Positions 37,222 to 52,350 of a DNA stretch of 64,000 nt are shown here, one piece after another. The stretch spans positions 62,001 through 126,000 of the forward strand of contig BAAIJX010000024.1 of assembly GCA_054600435.1 (NCBI GenBank). The letters are read 5' to 3'. The notes beneath the pieces are model-generated. The model did no database searches. It was not told the DNA's origin and worked only from the letters and a program-made list of their open reading frames with translations. The number at the start of each line of letters is the position of its first letter. Position 1 is the first letter of the stretch. Both the position numbers and the translations under genes were made by a program. Source of the DNA: Neophaeotheca triangularis. Its lineage: Eukaryota.

Positions 37222-39140
37222 GGCTGCGTTTGTGTTTGGTGTCTACCGTCGATCCTCGTTTTTTGCCTTGTATGACTCAGCCTTGCGCTCTGCCGTTTCA
37301 CTTGTGTGGACGCGAAAGGAGGGGAAACAGCTGTTTGTGTGAAGCCTCTCCCTTGGGTCACCGGCGAGTGTAGTAAGTGTTCGACCGTCTGACCAGGCGA
37401 GCGAGCGAGTGAGTATATGATATGTATTGTAGGCGGGGCTCTGTGGCGTGAGACCAGCTGCTGCGCGACAATGCGCAAGGCGAGCCGGGAGGGCAGATGC
37501 TGTAGATGTGAGGCGAGGCGGATCGGGGCTGGTGGGATTGTGGGTGCGGGCGCGCGCTGAGGCTTGCGCGTAAATGGGCAGGAGGGGGCTGTGGAAACTA
37601 CAGCCTAGGGTATAGCTGAAACGCTGTCGTCGTCGCCGTTGTCGATGTCGGTGTCTAGTGTGGTCGTTAACTAGAAGGTGGTGGTGGTGGTTGTGGTGGA
37701 TCGGATCTGAAACCGAGGCAGGCTCTGGTTGTCTTCGACTCCGGTCTTGTCCCAAAGGGCGCCGCCACCATCTCTCGCTTCCGCATCTGGCATGTACATG
37801 AACGAAAGCCAAGACTTATAGTCCATTGACCTACACCTCTAGGGATTATTATTGTACAGTGCCCACGAGTGCCGTAGCTTCAGCAGATCATTGCTATAAG
37901 GTAGACGCTACAGCGAAGACCGCTCAAACTCTGACCCTGCCCTTACACCTACTAGTAGTGTGGTGAGAGGGCAGTGCCAGCTTCTCCTAGATGCGAACCA
38001 GGCTCCGCCCAGTATCGTTATTGATCAATCAAGAAGGAAGGTTCAAACAAAGGCCGCGAAAACAGTAGTACTTGATTTCCATCACCGGTATCGACGTTAC
38101 AACCCGAACGAAGGGATAATCTCCGTCGATAGCACGACGACTACCGACAGTAAGGCGATTGAACGGCTTCCGGTGATGCTCGGCCGTTTCACCTATTTTC
38201 CCTATCAGCCTGTGGTAAAACCATCCTGCCCGTGAACTGTGGGCTTGGGAGCTTCTGGAAAGAAGCATGAACCGTTACAGAAGCATAAAATCCTCGCCTC
38301 GTGAAAAGTAGTTTTTCTTCCCATTGTGAACAGGGGATTCGAACTCCTAGTCATCATCTGCGCTCCAACACCGGTCAATAGGAGGCTGCTTGTTACAGCA
38401 CCTGGACTGCGCAGGTTGACTCTTCGATGGCGATAAGAGCATGGGACTCCGCGAGCTAGTAGCAAGGGTTGTGCATCGTTCATGGTGCTACAGAACCTTA
38501 GCCCTCACTCATCGGTATACATCATTACCGCCGCGTTGAGTTGAAGGTGCACGTCGGCATCTGGCCAGAAGAAGCCGAGAGAAGACTCACATGATTGAAC
38601 AACTTGCAATTGATGACTATGGACTAGAAACACGCCTTGAGCTTCGTTCACGCATGCTTGCCCATGACCGAGCAAAAGAAAACCGAAGTCGTGTTGTGAT
38701 ACCACCACCCGCTCGGTAGTTGTCTGGCACGATGCAACGCGCTCCAGAAAATTCGCAAAACCAGCACGATTGCCCTCGCAAAGACGCCAAAAAACACCAA
38801 AGAAAAATCCAAGCCAATCCACTTCAGCTTGATAGCAGTGATGTTAGTCAATATGTCGGGTAGATGATGTCGTGGATGACCAATCATCTCGCTCGTACTA
38901 TACCGTTCTTTCAGGGTTGCTTGTCGGTCTCCAGGGGAGGGGCTTCCCGTGTCGACAAGGATCGCGTGGAAGATCCAACCGACCTAGAAGCAGCGACGGG
39001 CGCGGGATGTATGCTCTCAACGGAGCACTTCTGGTGCCAAAAAGCGAGATTCGGCTGGGCAATATGATGTCTAGTGACAACCGAAGACATGCAGCGTCTC
39101 GTATTGCCTCAAAATGGTGATCTGTGATAGAAGAATGCTT

Positions 39141-40755
39141 TCAACCAGCAGGGCGAGCCGAGGGCCCTCCATCACGGTTAATGGCAGCTTCACTCGCGCG
39201 CTTGAAGGTCTGGTCGTTGCCATTGCCATTGAAGCTCAACCCGCTATCCTTCTGGATTAGCAGGTGCTGACCCCCGTGCTCGCTGATGAGCTTGATACAA
39301 TGCTGGCGGGCAAGCTCATGATCAACGGGGTTGCCGTCCTGGTCGGTGGTAACAAAGCCGAGCTCGTTGACGATGAAGTCCAAGCTAATGCCTGCCCTAT
39401 ACCTAAGAGAGAGTTAGTATGTTCTCGTGAGGCTTTTGATCTGTTACTCACGCCTTGGTGATGACTGCAAGCGCCTTCAGGCGTTCTCGGTCGACAAACA
39501 TGTTGAGCATATACTGCGACATGTCCTTCTTGGTTTTGGTCTTGATGTTGTAGAGTCTAAAGAATTTGTGGTAATTCCCCGAGGCCAAGGCCTTCCTCAC
39601 TTGCAACGCGTATTTAACGCTCTCCTCCTCTTTGTCTTCAGGGGTTAGATCGGCCAGCAAGTCGTTCATGTCCGTCTGGTTGCAAGTGTAGATGATGTAC
39701 AAGATGCGATACGCAAGGAACTCGCCAGGATTGCCTCCCAGCTTCTGCTTGTACAATTCGCGAAGCTGCGTCTGACACTGGTTATACTCACCCATATCCT
39801 TCATCTGCAAAGCAATCCGGGCGTGGCACTCGTACACTCTGACTGTGAATTCATTCTTGATGCGCTGGACAGTCAAGTCCTGACGGATAGACTTCAGCTG
39901 GTCCCAAGCGAATTCGTAGTCTTCCTTGGCTTTCCAGTTCGAGATGACCATGGCAAGAGCTTCTTGGAGGACAGGCAGTGGACGAACATCCTCACGTTTC
40001 GCGGCCGCGGTAAGGCGAAAGTACTTCTTTTCCACGGTTTGAGAGGTACCGATGAAGGGGCCAAGGTCGGCAGGTGGGGACTCGGACCGGTTGGTGAATG
40101 GAGGGGGCGAACTGGCGATGCCGAAGCGGGCCCGTCGCTTTTCCGCCGCTCCCATGAGTCCTTCATCCGCTCGGTGGTTCATCCGTTGTGTTTCGGCCTT
40201 TTTCTGCTGCTTGGTCTTCTTGTTCGATGCGCTCTTGTTGTCCTGGCTGGGCTTGGACTTGTTCTTTTTCCATGGCGGGCTTGCGTCGGGGCGCAGCTGA
40301 CGGCCAAATTCGTCCACATCTGAAGACTTACGTTTCCCGTTGGCAGAATGCGGGTTGTACGGTTCGCGCATGATGTCCTTGTGAAAAGGCGTAGATGGGG
40401 GATAACTTGGGTTAGTAAGAGGCGCGTTCTGCCTGCTCAGTGCGGCGGCCTGTTCGCGTTCGCGGAGTATGATGTGTTGCGGCAGAGGGTAGGTGGTCCA
40501 GTCCACTACAGACAAGTCGCTTCCGATGCTCCCGATGATGGCCTTGACTTTGTCCTGTAGCTCCGGCACGGTAATACCGGGGACTTTATTGTCCTCGTCG
40601 AAAGCTCTTCGCACGTAGTCGCGAACTTCTTCTGAGAAGGCAGGACGCTTTGGTGGCGAGCTTTCCGGTGGAGGAGGGGGAGGTGGATATGAAACCATGG
40701 GCCGCTGAAGTGACTGTCGGGCCATGACTGAGGTGTAAGCTGGGGCTACGTTCAT
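39141..40755 (-). CDS. THP3: SAC3/GANP-domain protein (THP3/LENG8-like), 2 exons
   Basis: EKKYFRLTAA...VRPLPVL, DQLKSIRQDLTVQRIKNEFTVRVYECHARIAL...EYNQCQTQL, EFLAYRILY, GNYHKFFRLY. The start codon is uncertain. Confidence 0.88.
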
Positions 40756-41338
40756 GTTGAAGTGAGCGCAAGGCGCGTGCAAATGGGAAGGTTCGCGACG
40801 GTTCACTCGCGAGTGAGACAAGCTATCGTACGGATTGTGCTGCCAGTGTAGTTGCTAACGTGTGCAGAACGCTAAAGTGTGGCGTGGTATTGAGGAAAGC
40901 AGTTTTGTGTCAATCACAGTGAAGGTGATGTGTTGGCGGTGTAGGTTCTTTTGAGAGAGAAAGAGAGGTGGAAGCCGTCGGGCACGACCGCCCGCATTTT
41001 GGGCAAGCGGGCTGCCAAGAATTGCCTCGCGGACGTCATGTGACTGACCCTCGATGTCCTCAGGCACGCTCAGGCTCGTTTCTCGGTGGAGAGGGAAATA
41101 GGTAGATAGGGATAGGTACTTTACTACTAAGTAGTAACTCATCACTGATCAAGTCATCGCTGGAAATACGAATACACCGGCTGGAATATCAATTCTTACC
41201 ATCACATCGAACCTACATCACGATTCTGCTGCCTCAACCCGCCACTCCACACCTACCTCACTTAGATAAGAACGAGCGGGTAGTCGTACATCCATTTCGG
41301 CGTGGCACAGCATTCTTCCCACCAACCCCAATGTCTGA

Positions 41339-43234
41339 ATGTTCCTTCGTCAGCTCGATCTCACCACTGCGCTACGGCCCTCACTCTACGATGATGAGAC
41401 GCTACTCTTCGTCCAAGACAGCGTTGGCTTGTACGAAGGCAAATACAAGATCCCCCACTACCAGAATGGCCACGCCTATCTAACCTCACATCGGGCTTGT
41501 TATGTCGATAATGAGGAGCCTCGTAAATACTCGGTTGCTGTCGATCTGAAAGAAATCGAAAGAACCGAGTTCTACGGAGGCTTCCTGAAGAGCAGTCCGA
41601 AAGTCACCCTCTTCCCCAAGGCAAAGAAAGGGACGACGGCTTCTGCACGCGGCGTGTTTAGAAACGCTACGCCAAAATACGCCAACCCAGCCGATGCGCT
41701 GGTCAGTGTCAATGGCTCTCCGACGAGGTCGGTCACTCAGAGTCCAGCGCCTGCAAGAGACGTCAACGCCACTTGGATATGCCCTATCTGCGGCATGTCG
41801 AATGCAGTGCCCGCCAACTTTGATGCATCGACCGCAAATCAGCATACTTCACTCCCACCATGTCAAGCATGCGGCATTAAACCACCGCTAGTATTGCTGG
41901 TGAAAGCCTCGATCGCTGCTATGTCGAACCGCGTGAATGGTGCCCCGTCAACGCCAACCTCGCAGCCAAACAATAACGCAGTCGATTCTCCGAGCAGTAC
42001 CGGCATCACAGGCAACGCATCGTCGGCACCGAGCGAGTGTCCAAGGTGCACGTACCAGAATCATCCATCAATGGCAACCTGTGAGATGTGTGGCGCTGCG
42101 CTTCAAGCACGGAGAAATGCACGCCCATCAACTGTTGAAGACAGTGCATCTGGGTCAGAGTCCCCCGGTCCTCCAACAAGAAGCACAATCATTGGAGATG
42201 ACACGATCGAGACGATTAAGTTCTCCTTTCGTGCAGGCGGCGGGCCCGTCTTTCGAGACAGACTGGAGAGTGCATTGGTGCAGCGTAAGTGGCTGCTTCA
42301 AAGCGCTCCACCTATACCCAAGCCTGCGTTGCAGAGCACTCAGAGCGAAGGAATTGTGCCTTCGACGAGCAGCAACACCGCGCAGCGACCCCCTTTGCCC
42401 CAACAGCGAACCGTTGGTATTGCCGGCCTCGAAAGAAAGGGAGCCGAACTACGACAAAACAACCAGGCCGTCATCGGCACAGCTTTTGAGGATCTCGAGG
42501 CACTCATGACATCTGCCAAAGAGGTTATTGCGATGGCAGAGCAGTTCAGAAATCGAACCGAGAGCGGCCTTGAGACAGCATCTCCGGAAGCGCGGGCAAT
42601 CCTAAACGACTCGGCTTCAGCTCTAGGCCTGTTCACGACAAAAGATATGCTAGGCCCAGGCTCGTCGTCGGAGAATCTCTACGTTACAGAACTATCGCGC
42701 AATCTGGCAGAGTTCCTCACCGACGACCGTCGTGGTGTCCTCCGTCGAGAGGGCGGAATCATGTCGTTGGTAGACTTGTGGGCTGTATTCAACCGATTGC
42801 GGAATGGTATTGAATTGGTGTCTCCACTGGACTTTGAGAAGGCAGCCAACATGTGGGACACCCTGCACTTGCCAATTCGCCTTCGACAATTCAAGAGCGG
42901 GCTTCTGGTAGTACAGGAGCGCAGCCGAACCGATGAGAAGACAGTCTCAAGCCTGTTGGCTTGGTTGCGCGAGCCGCAATACAGATTTCCGCCACCAGAA
43001 GGCCAATCAGTCTGGCAACAATTTGGTAGAGGAGTGACGGCTCAAGAAACGGCCGAAAAGTTTGGCTGGAGTGTAGGAGTCGCTAATGAAGAGCTCGAGA
43101 TGGCAGAAGAGTTGGGGAGCTTGTGTCGCGATCAATGCTTGGATGGGATGAGATTTTGGGAGAACCACCTGATGCGAGCTATCGAAGGCGGAGTGGATCG
43201 GAATGTGCAGCAACTGGACGAGCTATATATTTGA
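41339..43234 (+). CDS. VPS36: ESCRT-II subunit Vps36 (GLUE domain with NZF zinc fingers, EAP30 domain)
   Basis: LLFVQDSVGLYEGK...YLTSHRACYVD, WICPICG, CPRCTYQNHPSMATCEMCG, IKFSFRAGG, AFEDLEALM, GGIMSLVDLWAVFNR. Confidence 0.95.
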   Translation: MFLRQLDLTTALRPSLYDDETLLFVQDSVGLYEGKYKIPHYQNGHAYLTSHRACYVDNEEPRKYSVAVDLKEIERTEFYGGFLKSSPKVTLFPKAKKGTTASARGVFRNATPKYANPADALVSVNGSPTRSVTQSPAPARDVNATWICPICGMSNAVPANFDASTANQHTSLPPCQACGIKPPLVLLVKASIAAMSNRVNGAPSTPTSQPNNNAVDSPSSTGITGNASSAPSECPRCTYQNHPSMATCEMCGAALQARRNARPSTVEDSASGSESPGPPTRSTIIGDDTIETIKFSFRAGGGPVFRDRLESALVQRKWLLQSAPPIPKPALQSTQSEGIVPSTSSNTAQRPPLPQQRTVGIAGLERKGAELRQNNQAVIGTAFEDLEALMTSAKEVIAMAEQFRNRTESGLETASPEARAILNDSASALGLFTTKDMLGPGSSSENLYVTELSRNLAEFLTDDRRGVLRREGGIMSLVDLWAVFNRLRNGIELVSPLDFEKAANMWDTLHLPIRLRQFKSGLLVVQERSRTDEKTVSSLLAWLREPQYRFPPPEGQSVWQQFGRGVTAQETAEKFGWSVGVANEELEMAEELGSLCRDQCLDGMRFWENHLMRAIEGGVDRNVQQLDELYI

Positions 43235-43678
43235 TGATCTAACCGACGATTCTAAGGTCTACTGTCGTTGCATTTGAGTAGTTGCCACCATCCAGTCCGG
43301 TGGCAAATATAATGATCAATGATTGGTGAAGAGGCGGTCTCATCATATGTGCTCGCTGTCCGTGAAAGCCTCGGAAATAATAGGAGAAGGGCCAGTGCGG
43401 ATGTAGGGCGGGAGTGAAGGCCGTGACAAGGAGAAGGAGCCGAGATTTCGACGGGCTTCCAGTCGAATTGCTTGGCCCGTGCTGAACGACACATTTTGCT
43501 ATCCAGCGACTCGAACGCCATCATCGCCATCTTTCCACATCTTCATTCCCCTTCACCTCACCACAACCACCACAGAGACTAATTCCCTCTCTCTAATATC
43601 TCCATCATCTCCCTCACCCGTTGCGCTTCCTTGTAAACTACACTTCCCATTTCTGTTTCTTGCTGAGCGCTCTTCATC

Positions 43679-45883
<2,205 letters not shown>

Positions 45884-46549
45884 ACGAACATTGATACCCG
45901 TTCGTTGTGACATCTCTTTCCTCCTATCGCCCAAGCCCTCGTTGCTTGCGAGAGCTTGACGCTCTTCCGTTCGCCGCCCTTCAACTGTACCTATACCACC
46001 AGACCTCGCCACTTTTATCGAGGTCTTTCACGCACTGTCTTACTACCCCGGCGATGATGGGCCGCCATGTATCGATGGAGTTCTTACCAAAAAATCTGGC
46101 GGGGACTGCATTTGCGTGTGTTTTGATTTGGGAATAGTGGGCAAAGACGCCCTTGTAGCCAGCAGACCGAGCGAAATCTGTGTATTCTAGATGTACTGAA
46201 TTAGAGGTGTGCTTCGTTGCCTGTCTTGGGTTGTGCTCGGAGGGCTATGTATGTAGTTGTTGCAGGCAGACAATGCAAATCTCTTCTCCAGTTCGCACAA
46301 GTTCCTTTACAAGGTAATCAATTGAGTGATTGGTGTTCAGAAGTTGACTTGAGAAATTATTAAGTACTAGAGACGGTGCAATCAAAGATTTGTAAACGCA
46401 TAGTAGTGGTATCATACAACTCGTGAAACAGGCACGGCCTTCTACGAGAAGGCCATTTGCTGGACTGAGACCATTTCATCTAAAACCTGCCGCAAAACGC
46501 CTTGTCCAGTGAAAACCCACAACCCCAACCAACCCGGACCCTTGGAATC

Positions 46550-49500
46550 CTACCGCCTCCCAATAGAACTCCCGATACTGCTCGGCGTGAGATTGCTCGC
46601 CTTGCTACTGACCCAACTCCCCGTACTCGACATCCAACTCGGGACACTGAGTCTGCTGCTCCAACTACCCACGCTCTTGCTCGCGCCAAAACTGCTCGTG
46701 GCCTTTGCACTACTACCACCACTACTGCTCCCACCACCACGGTTCCTAAACTTCAGATTCCCTTCCGCAATCGAGTGCACGATGTTGATGATGCCGAAAG
46801 TGCTGCTGCCTATGGCGCGGAAGAGCGCGAGCGCAGCCACCGACCACAGGATGAATTTGAGGTAGTAGTTCTCGCTGACGTTGGCGCCGGAGTAGGCCTC
46901 AGACACGGTCATGGCTAGGATCGCGTTCGAGACCATCCATACTATGACGACGTAGGTGCGAACGGCGCGGTAGTAGTCTTCTTGCAGCTGGGACTCGGAG
47001 GTGGGTGGGCTGGGGACCTCGACGCGGTCGCGGAGGTTGCGTAGCGCTTCGTCGTAGCCGCTGTCGATGTCGAGTTGCTCCGATGGCATTTCGAGTTCCA
47101 CGGTACCCGTTTTGGAATTTGACTTAGCGGCGCCCAGGTCGGTGGAGGCGCGGTTGTCGCCTTTGGTGCCCCAGGTGACGTCGTGGGCGTTGCAGAAGGC
47201 GTAGACTTGGAGGGTGCAGATGTAGGAGGGTAGGAGGGCGAAGTACTGGGCTGAGGAGGTGAACATGTGCCAGGGGTCGAGGTAGAGGAAGGACATGAGG
47301 AAGTAGAGGCCAACGGTGGAGAGGGTAGAGACGATCATGTTAGTGAAGATGTTGTTGCCCATATCGAGGTCCCCGTCATCGGAGTTGGAGGAGGTGAGTT
47401 GGGTAACGACGATGTAGAGTGCTGCAAAGGTTGTGTAGGCCATGATTATGCTGTAGCCCACCATGCTGGCGAGGAACATGCGTTTGGCACCCTGAGGCCG
47501 GTTCCCCATGGATAGGATGAATTGCATGCAAATGAGGAGCACGCAACTGTAGCGGAGGATGTAGAAGACGACTTTACCGATGCTGTGGCCGAAGGGGTCG
47601 AGGCGATCGTCCGCGAGCGAGCCGGCGATGAAGTAGAATGTCAGGTAGAAGTTGCCGATAGAGAAGAAGGTGAAGAGGAGGTTGACCAGTTGGTACACGA
47701 ACTCGATGTGCAGGAGAATCTTGCGGCCCAGGGTGTGGTCCGTCGCCCACACTTGTCTGAAGTGCAGCAGAGAGTAGACTGCCGCGAAGAAAGCGCCGTT
47801 CAGCCAGCGTCGGCGTTGTGAGATAAATTCCGGAACGGCATCTGGCACGTCTGTCTCACCGGTGGCGCTCTTTACGTATTTGAGCACCCAGCGTTCGCTG
47901 CGTTTGGCCACGAGCTCCCAACAGAGGATGCGGTCCTCGGCGAGGTACATGTTCGCCGTAAAGACGTCTGCGTCCTGACCGTGAAGAGTTTCGCCTTTGA
48001 AGTATTGACTCAGGGGGCCGTGGCCTGTTGCCTCGTCGTTTTGAAGGGCGTGGTATCTATAGGCACTCAGAGCACCCGGCAAGACTGTAATGTACCCAAA
48101 AACAGATTCCAAGGGCTTGTCAAGGATGTTGGACATCTTGTACTCGAAGTTCTGCGAGGCAACCAGTGGGTTGAGAAGAGCGAGGAAATTCTTGCCCTTT
48201 GCAGCCTTGATCTCACCAGCAGCTCCTGCTACCGTGGAGTCACGATCAAAAGCTTTCCACAGGTGGTAAAGCGAATCCGGCCCAGGTTTGGTACCAACAT
48301 CCAGTAGAATGCATACATTAGGGTTGAGTGCCCGGCCAAATGCGTTGAAGAACCATCGGTGGCTATTCAGCTTCTTTGTGTTCTTCTCCTTGAGGCAGAA
48401 AATCATCTGGCACGGGACGATTCCCTTTTCGGCTCCCTTGAACTTCAAGTCGGCGTCCAATGAGACCTGGGTGGTGTATTCGTAAACGTGTGCCGTGACC
48501 TCCTTCTGGTTGACTAGATTCTTCGCAATACCATCCTGATAGCAGCCCATGGCTGCAAGCGCATCCAGCGTTCGAGGGTGCACCTTGTGACGGCCGTCTG
48601 AGATGATGCAGACCACGATTTTCTGCCATCCGTCTTTGCCCCAAGTCCTAGACTTCGCTCTGCTGCAGAAATGCGAAATGTTGCGCATAACACCGTGCAT
48701 GGTCCTTGTAAAGTCGAGCTCGTTTTCGTTGTACATTGTCACGCAAATGAGAAGCTCAGTCTCTCGTGCTGTGAAACCAATGTTCTGTCTAAGCTTGTAT
48801 CCTCTGTCCACGAAATCATTCGGGTCACACGTTACGGCCGTGTATCTCATATGCGTGAACTCGACATCGTCGCGTCTTGGCAGGAAAGAGTAGAGGATCG
48901 TCGGAATCTTGCACTCCAGGATAAGCTCCCCATTGATCAATTTGACCTCCCTCTTCACCATCTGCGCTTGCCTCGCTCCTCTCCGTTCTTGTTTGCCAGA
49001 GGGCGCTGGGCCATAATGGTCCTCTTTTTCGTCGTAGAATTCGTCGGTCATCGTGGATGAGGACACGAAGCTCTCGTGCTTGTTGAGGATGGGTCGGCCT
49101 GTGGCTTCACTGTCACCCGTTGTTGGGCCAAATACATCATCGGCTTCTTCATCAATTGGGATGCTTGTTGTGTCGTCGCGAGCATCTCTATCGATGTCAG
49201 ATGAAACTGGCCGACCACCTGCAAATAGCGGTGCTGGTGGAAGTGGCCGTTTCGGAGAGCCGCCATATCTTGAAGAAGGAGTGCCGGGTCTAGGTGCGCC
49301 GTTGATATCCGCCGGCTCGAACGGAACGTTAGAAGGTGGTGGTCGTGTGTAGTCTGCCGAGCTTCGCGTAGGTGACCAAGAGCGCGAAGGCGATTGGGAG
49401 CCTCTTGAGGACGGTCTGTATGGGGAAGTTTGCGCGGCGTTGACGCTCGGCGGCGGCATGTCGGGTGCATTGTCGAGGACGGAAGTCTGTCTTGAAAGCG

Positions 49501-49954
49501 GGCGGGTATGGTATGAAGGTTGATACGATCGTTGTAGCGGACTCGGTCTGGGTTGATGGAAAGTCTGGTCAGCATGACTTTCTACGTCAGCCGCAAAGCG
49601 GACGTGTTGCGTGTTTCTCGATGAGGTTGGTGGATGCTGGTTGAAGGCAGCGTCGTCCGACCAGTGGCCGTCGGATGAGGTCCAGTCTGAGAAGTGGGCG
49701 GCATAACTCTGCGCCGCTCGACCTCTCGTCTCTCCCCTTCGCATGGGATGATCGCTTGACGAGGAGAGATTCGAGGATGACACGTGAGCAAGGGTGGATT
49801 CGTTGTGGTGTACTAACGGTCTGAAATCATCGTCGTCGGTGCTGGTCAACAGGCGCATTGTCGCGCCATTCTGAGGCGTTCCAGTAGGCGTGTCATCGTC
49901 GGCGGGGCCTCCAGAGTACGCTGGAGGAGGGCCGTAGCCATTTGGCGCGGCCAT
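46550..49954 (-). CDS. Chitin synthase, division 1 (probably class II)
   Basis: [68 protein letters not shown] possible in-frame intron lies at 49548-49817. Confidence 0.95.
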   Translation of the reverse strand: MAAPNGYGPPPAYSGGPADDDTPTGTPQNGATMRLLTSTDDDDFRPLVHHNESTLAHVSSSNLSSSSDHPMRRGETRGRAAQSYAAHFSDWTSSDGHWSDDAAFNQHPPTSSRNTQHVRFAADVESHADQTFHQPRPSPLQRSYQPSYHTRPLSRQTSVLDNAPDMPPPSVNAAQTSPYRPSSRGSQSPSRSWSPTRSSADYTRPPPSNVPFEPADINGAPRPGTPSSRYGGSPKRPLPPAPLFAGGRPVSSDIDRDARDDTTSIPIDEEADDVFGPTTGDSEATGRPILNKHESFVSSSTMTDEFYDEKEDHYGPAPSGKQERRGARQAQMVKREVKLINGELILECKIPTILYSFLPRRDDVEFTHMRYTAVTCDPNDFVDRGYKLRQNIGFTARETELLICVTMYNENELDFTRTMHGVMRNISHFCSRAKSRTWGKDGWQKIVVCIISDGRHKVHPRTLDALAAMGCYQDGIAKNLVNQKEVTAHVYEYTTQVSLDADLKFKGAEKGIVPCQMIFCLKEKNTKKLNSHRWFFNAFGRALNPNVCILLDVGTKPGPDSLYHLWKAFDRDSTVAGAAGEIKAAKGKNFLALLNPLVASQNFEYKMSNILDKPLESVFGYITVLPGALSAYRYHALQNDEATGHGPLSQYFKGETLHGQDADVFTANMYLAEDRILCWELVAKRSERWVLKYVKSATGETDVPDAVPEFISQRRRWLNGAFFAAVYSLLHFRQVWATDHTLGRKILLHIEFVYQLVNLLFTFFSIGNFYLTFYFIAGSLADDRLDPFGHSIGKVVFYILRYSCVLLICMQFILSMGNRPQGAKRMFLASMVGYSIIMAYTTFAALYIVVTQLTSSNSDDGDLDMGNNIFTNMIVSTLSTVGLYFLMSFLYLDPWHMFTSSAQYFALLPSYICTLQVYAFCNAHDVTWGTKGDNRASTDLGAAKSNSKTGTVELEMPSEQLDIDSGYDEALRNLRDRVEVPSPPTSESQLQEDYYRAVRTYVVIVWMVSNAILAMTVSEAYSGANVSENYYLKFILWSVAALALFRAIGSSTFGIINIVHSIAEGNLKFRNRGGGSSSGGSSAKATSSFGASKSVGSWSSRLSVPSWMSSTGSWVSSKASNLTPSSIGSSIGRR

Positions 49955-50650
49955 TGGAGCGAGTTAGGCGTGTAGCGAAAGGAATGGAATGAGGAATGTG
50001 GTTCAGGATGTCATGCTGTAACGATAGTAAAGTGTTGGTTGTTTGCGCTGAGTGTAGCAATATTCGTGCGACAAACGTGGAGATTCGAAAAGACTCTGGC
50101 GAAAGGGTCGAATATCTTGAGTTGAGGGTATCTTGTTGCTTGACAGTAGTGAAGTGTACCTTATGCGCCAAAGTGGTCCTTGTGGATAGTGGTCAGCCCA
50201 AATTCGCCGAGAATAAACACCCAGCCCTCCCAAAGCAGCCGTGGTTGCCTCAGCAACGCCCATTTTCGCGCGACGCTACGTTACGTAGTCCGCATACACC
50301 CAGCTTTATTATTATGTTCTCGAGGTAAGGCATATCTACACTACTGCCGCGAAACAGATACTGTGTGCAGACCGGCTTGGCAGCATTGATGTCGAGGAAC
50401 ATTTGGATTTTAGCCAGATCCACGGCTAGACTGGGGATCAATATGTTGGCCGTCTGTGGTCCAAAGGATGTGAGATTGTTTAAATCGTATGTCATACATC
50501 GTTCCTGGGTAGAGACACCATATGTACATTATTGTCGTGCGGTGAGCTTGTGGTTTTCGTCTCGACCAAAGAGCGTCCGGACCATCTGCCTCCGGTATTC
50601 TGTACTCCCTACGTATTGTCTTATATTCTTTGATTAGCTAAACCTTCAAC

Positions 50651-51565
50651 CTACAATTCCTTGTCCCTCCTCTTCCCCTCCTTCGCCTCCGTCTCCTTCA
50701 ACACTGATCTCCCAACCTCAGGCCGGTGGCCCACTGCGCCAGGCCCACCCACAGCCTCAAAAGCTTTGTGGAACACCCACTCCGTCGCATACTCAACTGG
50801 CTCGTCGAAGATAAAAGGCAGCGCCGGCACGGCGGCAAGGCCCAAACCTATTGGGCCCCACGTCCGTATGCGCGGGTTCTGCACTTTCTTGAAAGCCTGC
50901 CCGCTGTACCGCACGATACTGTGGATAGTGAAAGCGGGCAAACCCATCGAAGCGATCGACTGGAAAACAGCGCGTTGCGCCATCACTGACCTATAGTCTT
51001 CGATGGGCACAACGTGGCCAGACGGTGCGGCTTGCGTGGTGCTGGAGCCTGTCAGCCCCGGACCCAACGAGGTACTCTCTCCAACTTTCGCGGCGGTCTT
51101 GTCAGAGCTCGAGACATCCTTGACAGGCTCTATAGCTCCACCCTCGGCCGTGTCCGGTTTCAACACTCTCTGATTCCGCAAGTACGCCTTGTAGCCTTCG
51201 TATCCCACATCGCCCATCAAGTACGCCCAACTGATGCCATAGGCGGTCCTGACCCAATTCGGGTGCGCTACGGGCCGGAAGCTCTCTCCTATGTCCGATG
51301 TGTAGGCGACGTATCTCTGGCCAGCGAGCATGATTGTGCGCAGTCTGTTGGCGTAGGCGGCATAGCGGAGAGACGTGTCCGTGGATTCGCCCGCAGTTCC
51401 TTCGTAGACAGCGTTAAAATAGGACTCATCGTCTTCGAGGTTCTTCTGGAGCTCTTTGGGAAGGGGCTTTCTTGCGACGGGTTTCGAGAAGTCGGGCCGT
51501 GGTTCTGGACGTTCGCGAGGTATGTCTGCTGTAGGATCCTCTTCGGGCCTCTTTGAATTGGACAT
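50651..51565 (-). CDS. Mitochondrial fission process protein MTFP1/MTP18 homolog
   Basis: RYVAYTSDIGESFRPVAHP...AYGISWAYLMGDV, RAVFQSIASMGLPAFTIHSIV, GLAAVPALPFIFDEPVE. Confidence 0.88.
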   Translation of the reverse strand: MSNSKRPEEDPTADIPRERPEPRPDFSKPVARKPLPKELQKNLEDDESYFNAVYEGTAGESTDTSLRYAAYANRLRTIMLAGQRYVAYTSDIGESFRPVAHPNWVRTAYGISWAYLMGDVGYEGYKAYLRNQRVLKPDTAEGGAIEPVKDVSSSDKTAAKVGESTSLGPGLTGSSTTQAAPSGHVVPIEDYRSVMAQRAVFQSIASMGLPAFTIHSIVRYSGQAFKKVQNPRIRTWGPIGLGLAAVPALPFIFDEPVEYATEWVFHKAFEAVGGPGAVGHRPEVGRSVLKETEAKEGKRRDKEL

Positions 51566-51915
51566 GTTCGTCGGGCAAAAATCTATCAACCGTACTGGAT
51601 AGGGATGAGTGTAATGCAAGCGAAAGCTAATACCTTGCGTGTAAATATGTATGCCTAAGCACTACCTAGGTACAGTACAAACGTCGGGTGCTGTCGCAAA
51701 GCTGGCCTGGCCTAGCTGGATGCTCATTAGTGAGGTCAAATATCTGAGGCGGTGCAAATGTGGCTTCGGAAACCTCCCGCAAGCTTTCCCGAGAACGTCC
51801 GCCCATCTGGCAGACCTCACGATAGTAGCGAAGACAGCCATTGAAGACCCAGCGACCCTCCAAATCATCCCAGACACACCACTCAATCCTCTAGAACACA
51901 GTCCTAACCGCCAAA

Positions 51916-52350
51916 ATGGTCGCCATGTATGAGATCGCCGGCCGCAAGATCGGCTCCCACTACGTGAGCCACCACCAAAGATCACCCACCCTTCCGCCTT
52001 CCACACCTCTTCGCGCAAACACTACAGCGCCCGGCGACTTCTGTTATGCCCAGATCTACATACTAACAAGCTCCCGATGCCTTAGCTTGCCATTGCCACC
52101 CTCTCCACCCTTTTCGCAGGCAGCTGGGCCATGTCCGGCGGCAGCAAGAAGCCCTCCCAGCAAGCCCCCCCGATCAACGCCTCCAGCAAGGACGAGGAGA
52201 ACTTTATACAGTATGGATACCCCGAATCGGCGCAGAAAGATTGATAAGGGGAGGTTCCTTTCTGGAACGAAGTTTTGCTAACGTGCGTGCGTGTTCCGCA
52301 GAGAATTCATGAAGAGCGCCGAGGGTGAGAAGAAGGAGGGAAAGCAGTAG
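51916..52350 (+). CDS. ATP19: Mitochondrial ATP synthase subunit k, 3 exons
   Basis: MVAMYEIAGRKIGSHY|LAIATLSTLFAGSWAMSGG...PPINASSKDEENFIQ|EFMKSAEGEKKEGKQ*; two canonical introns. Confidence 0.92.
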
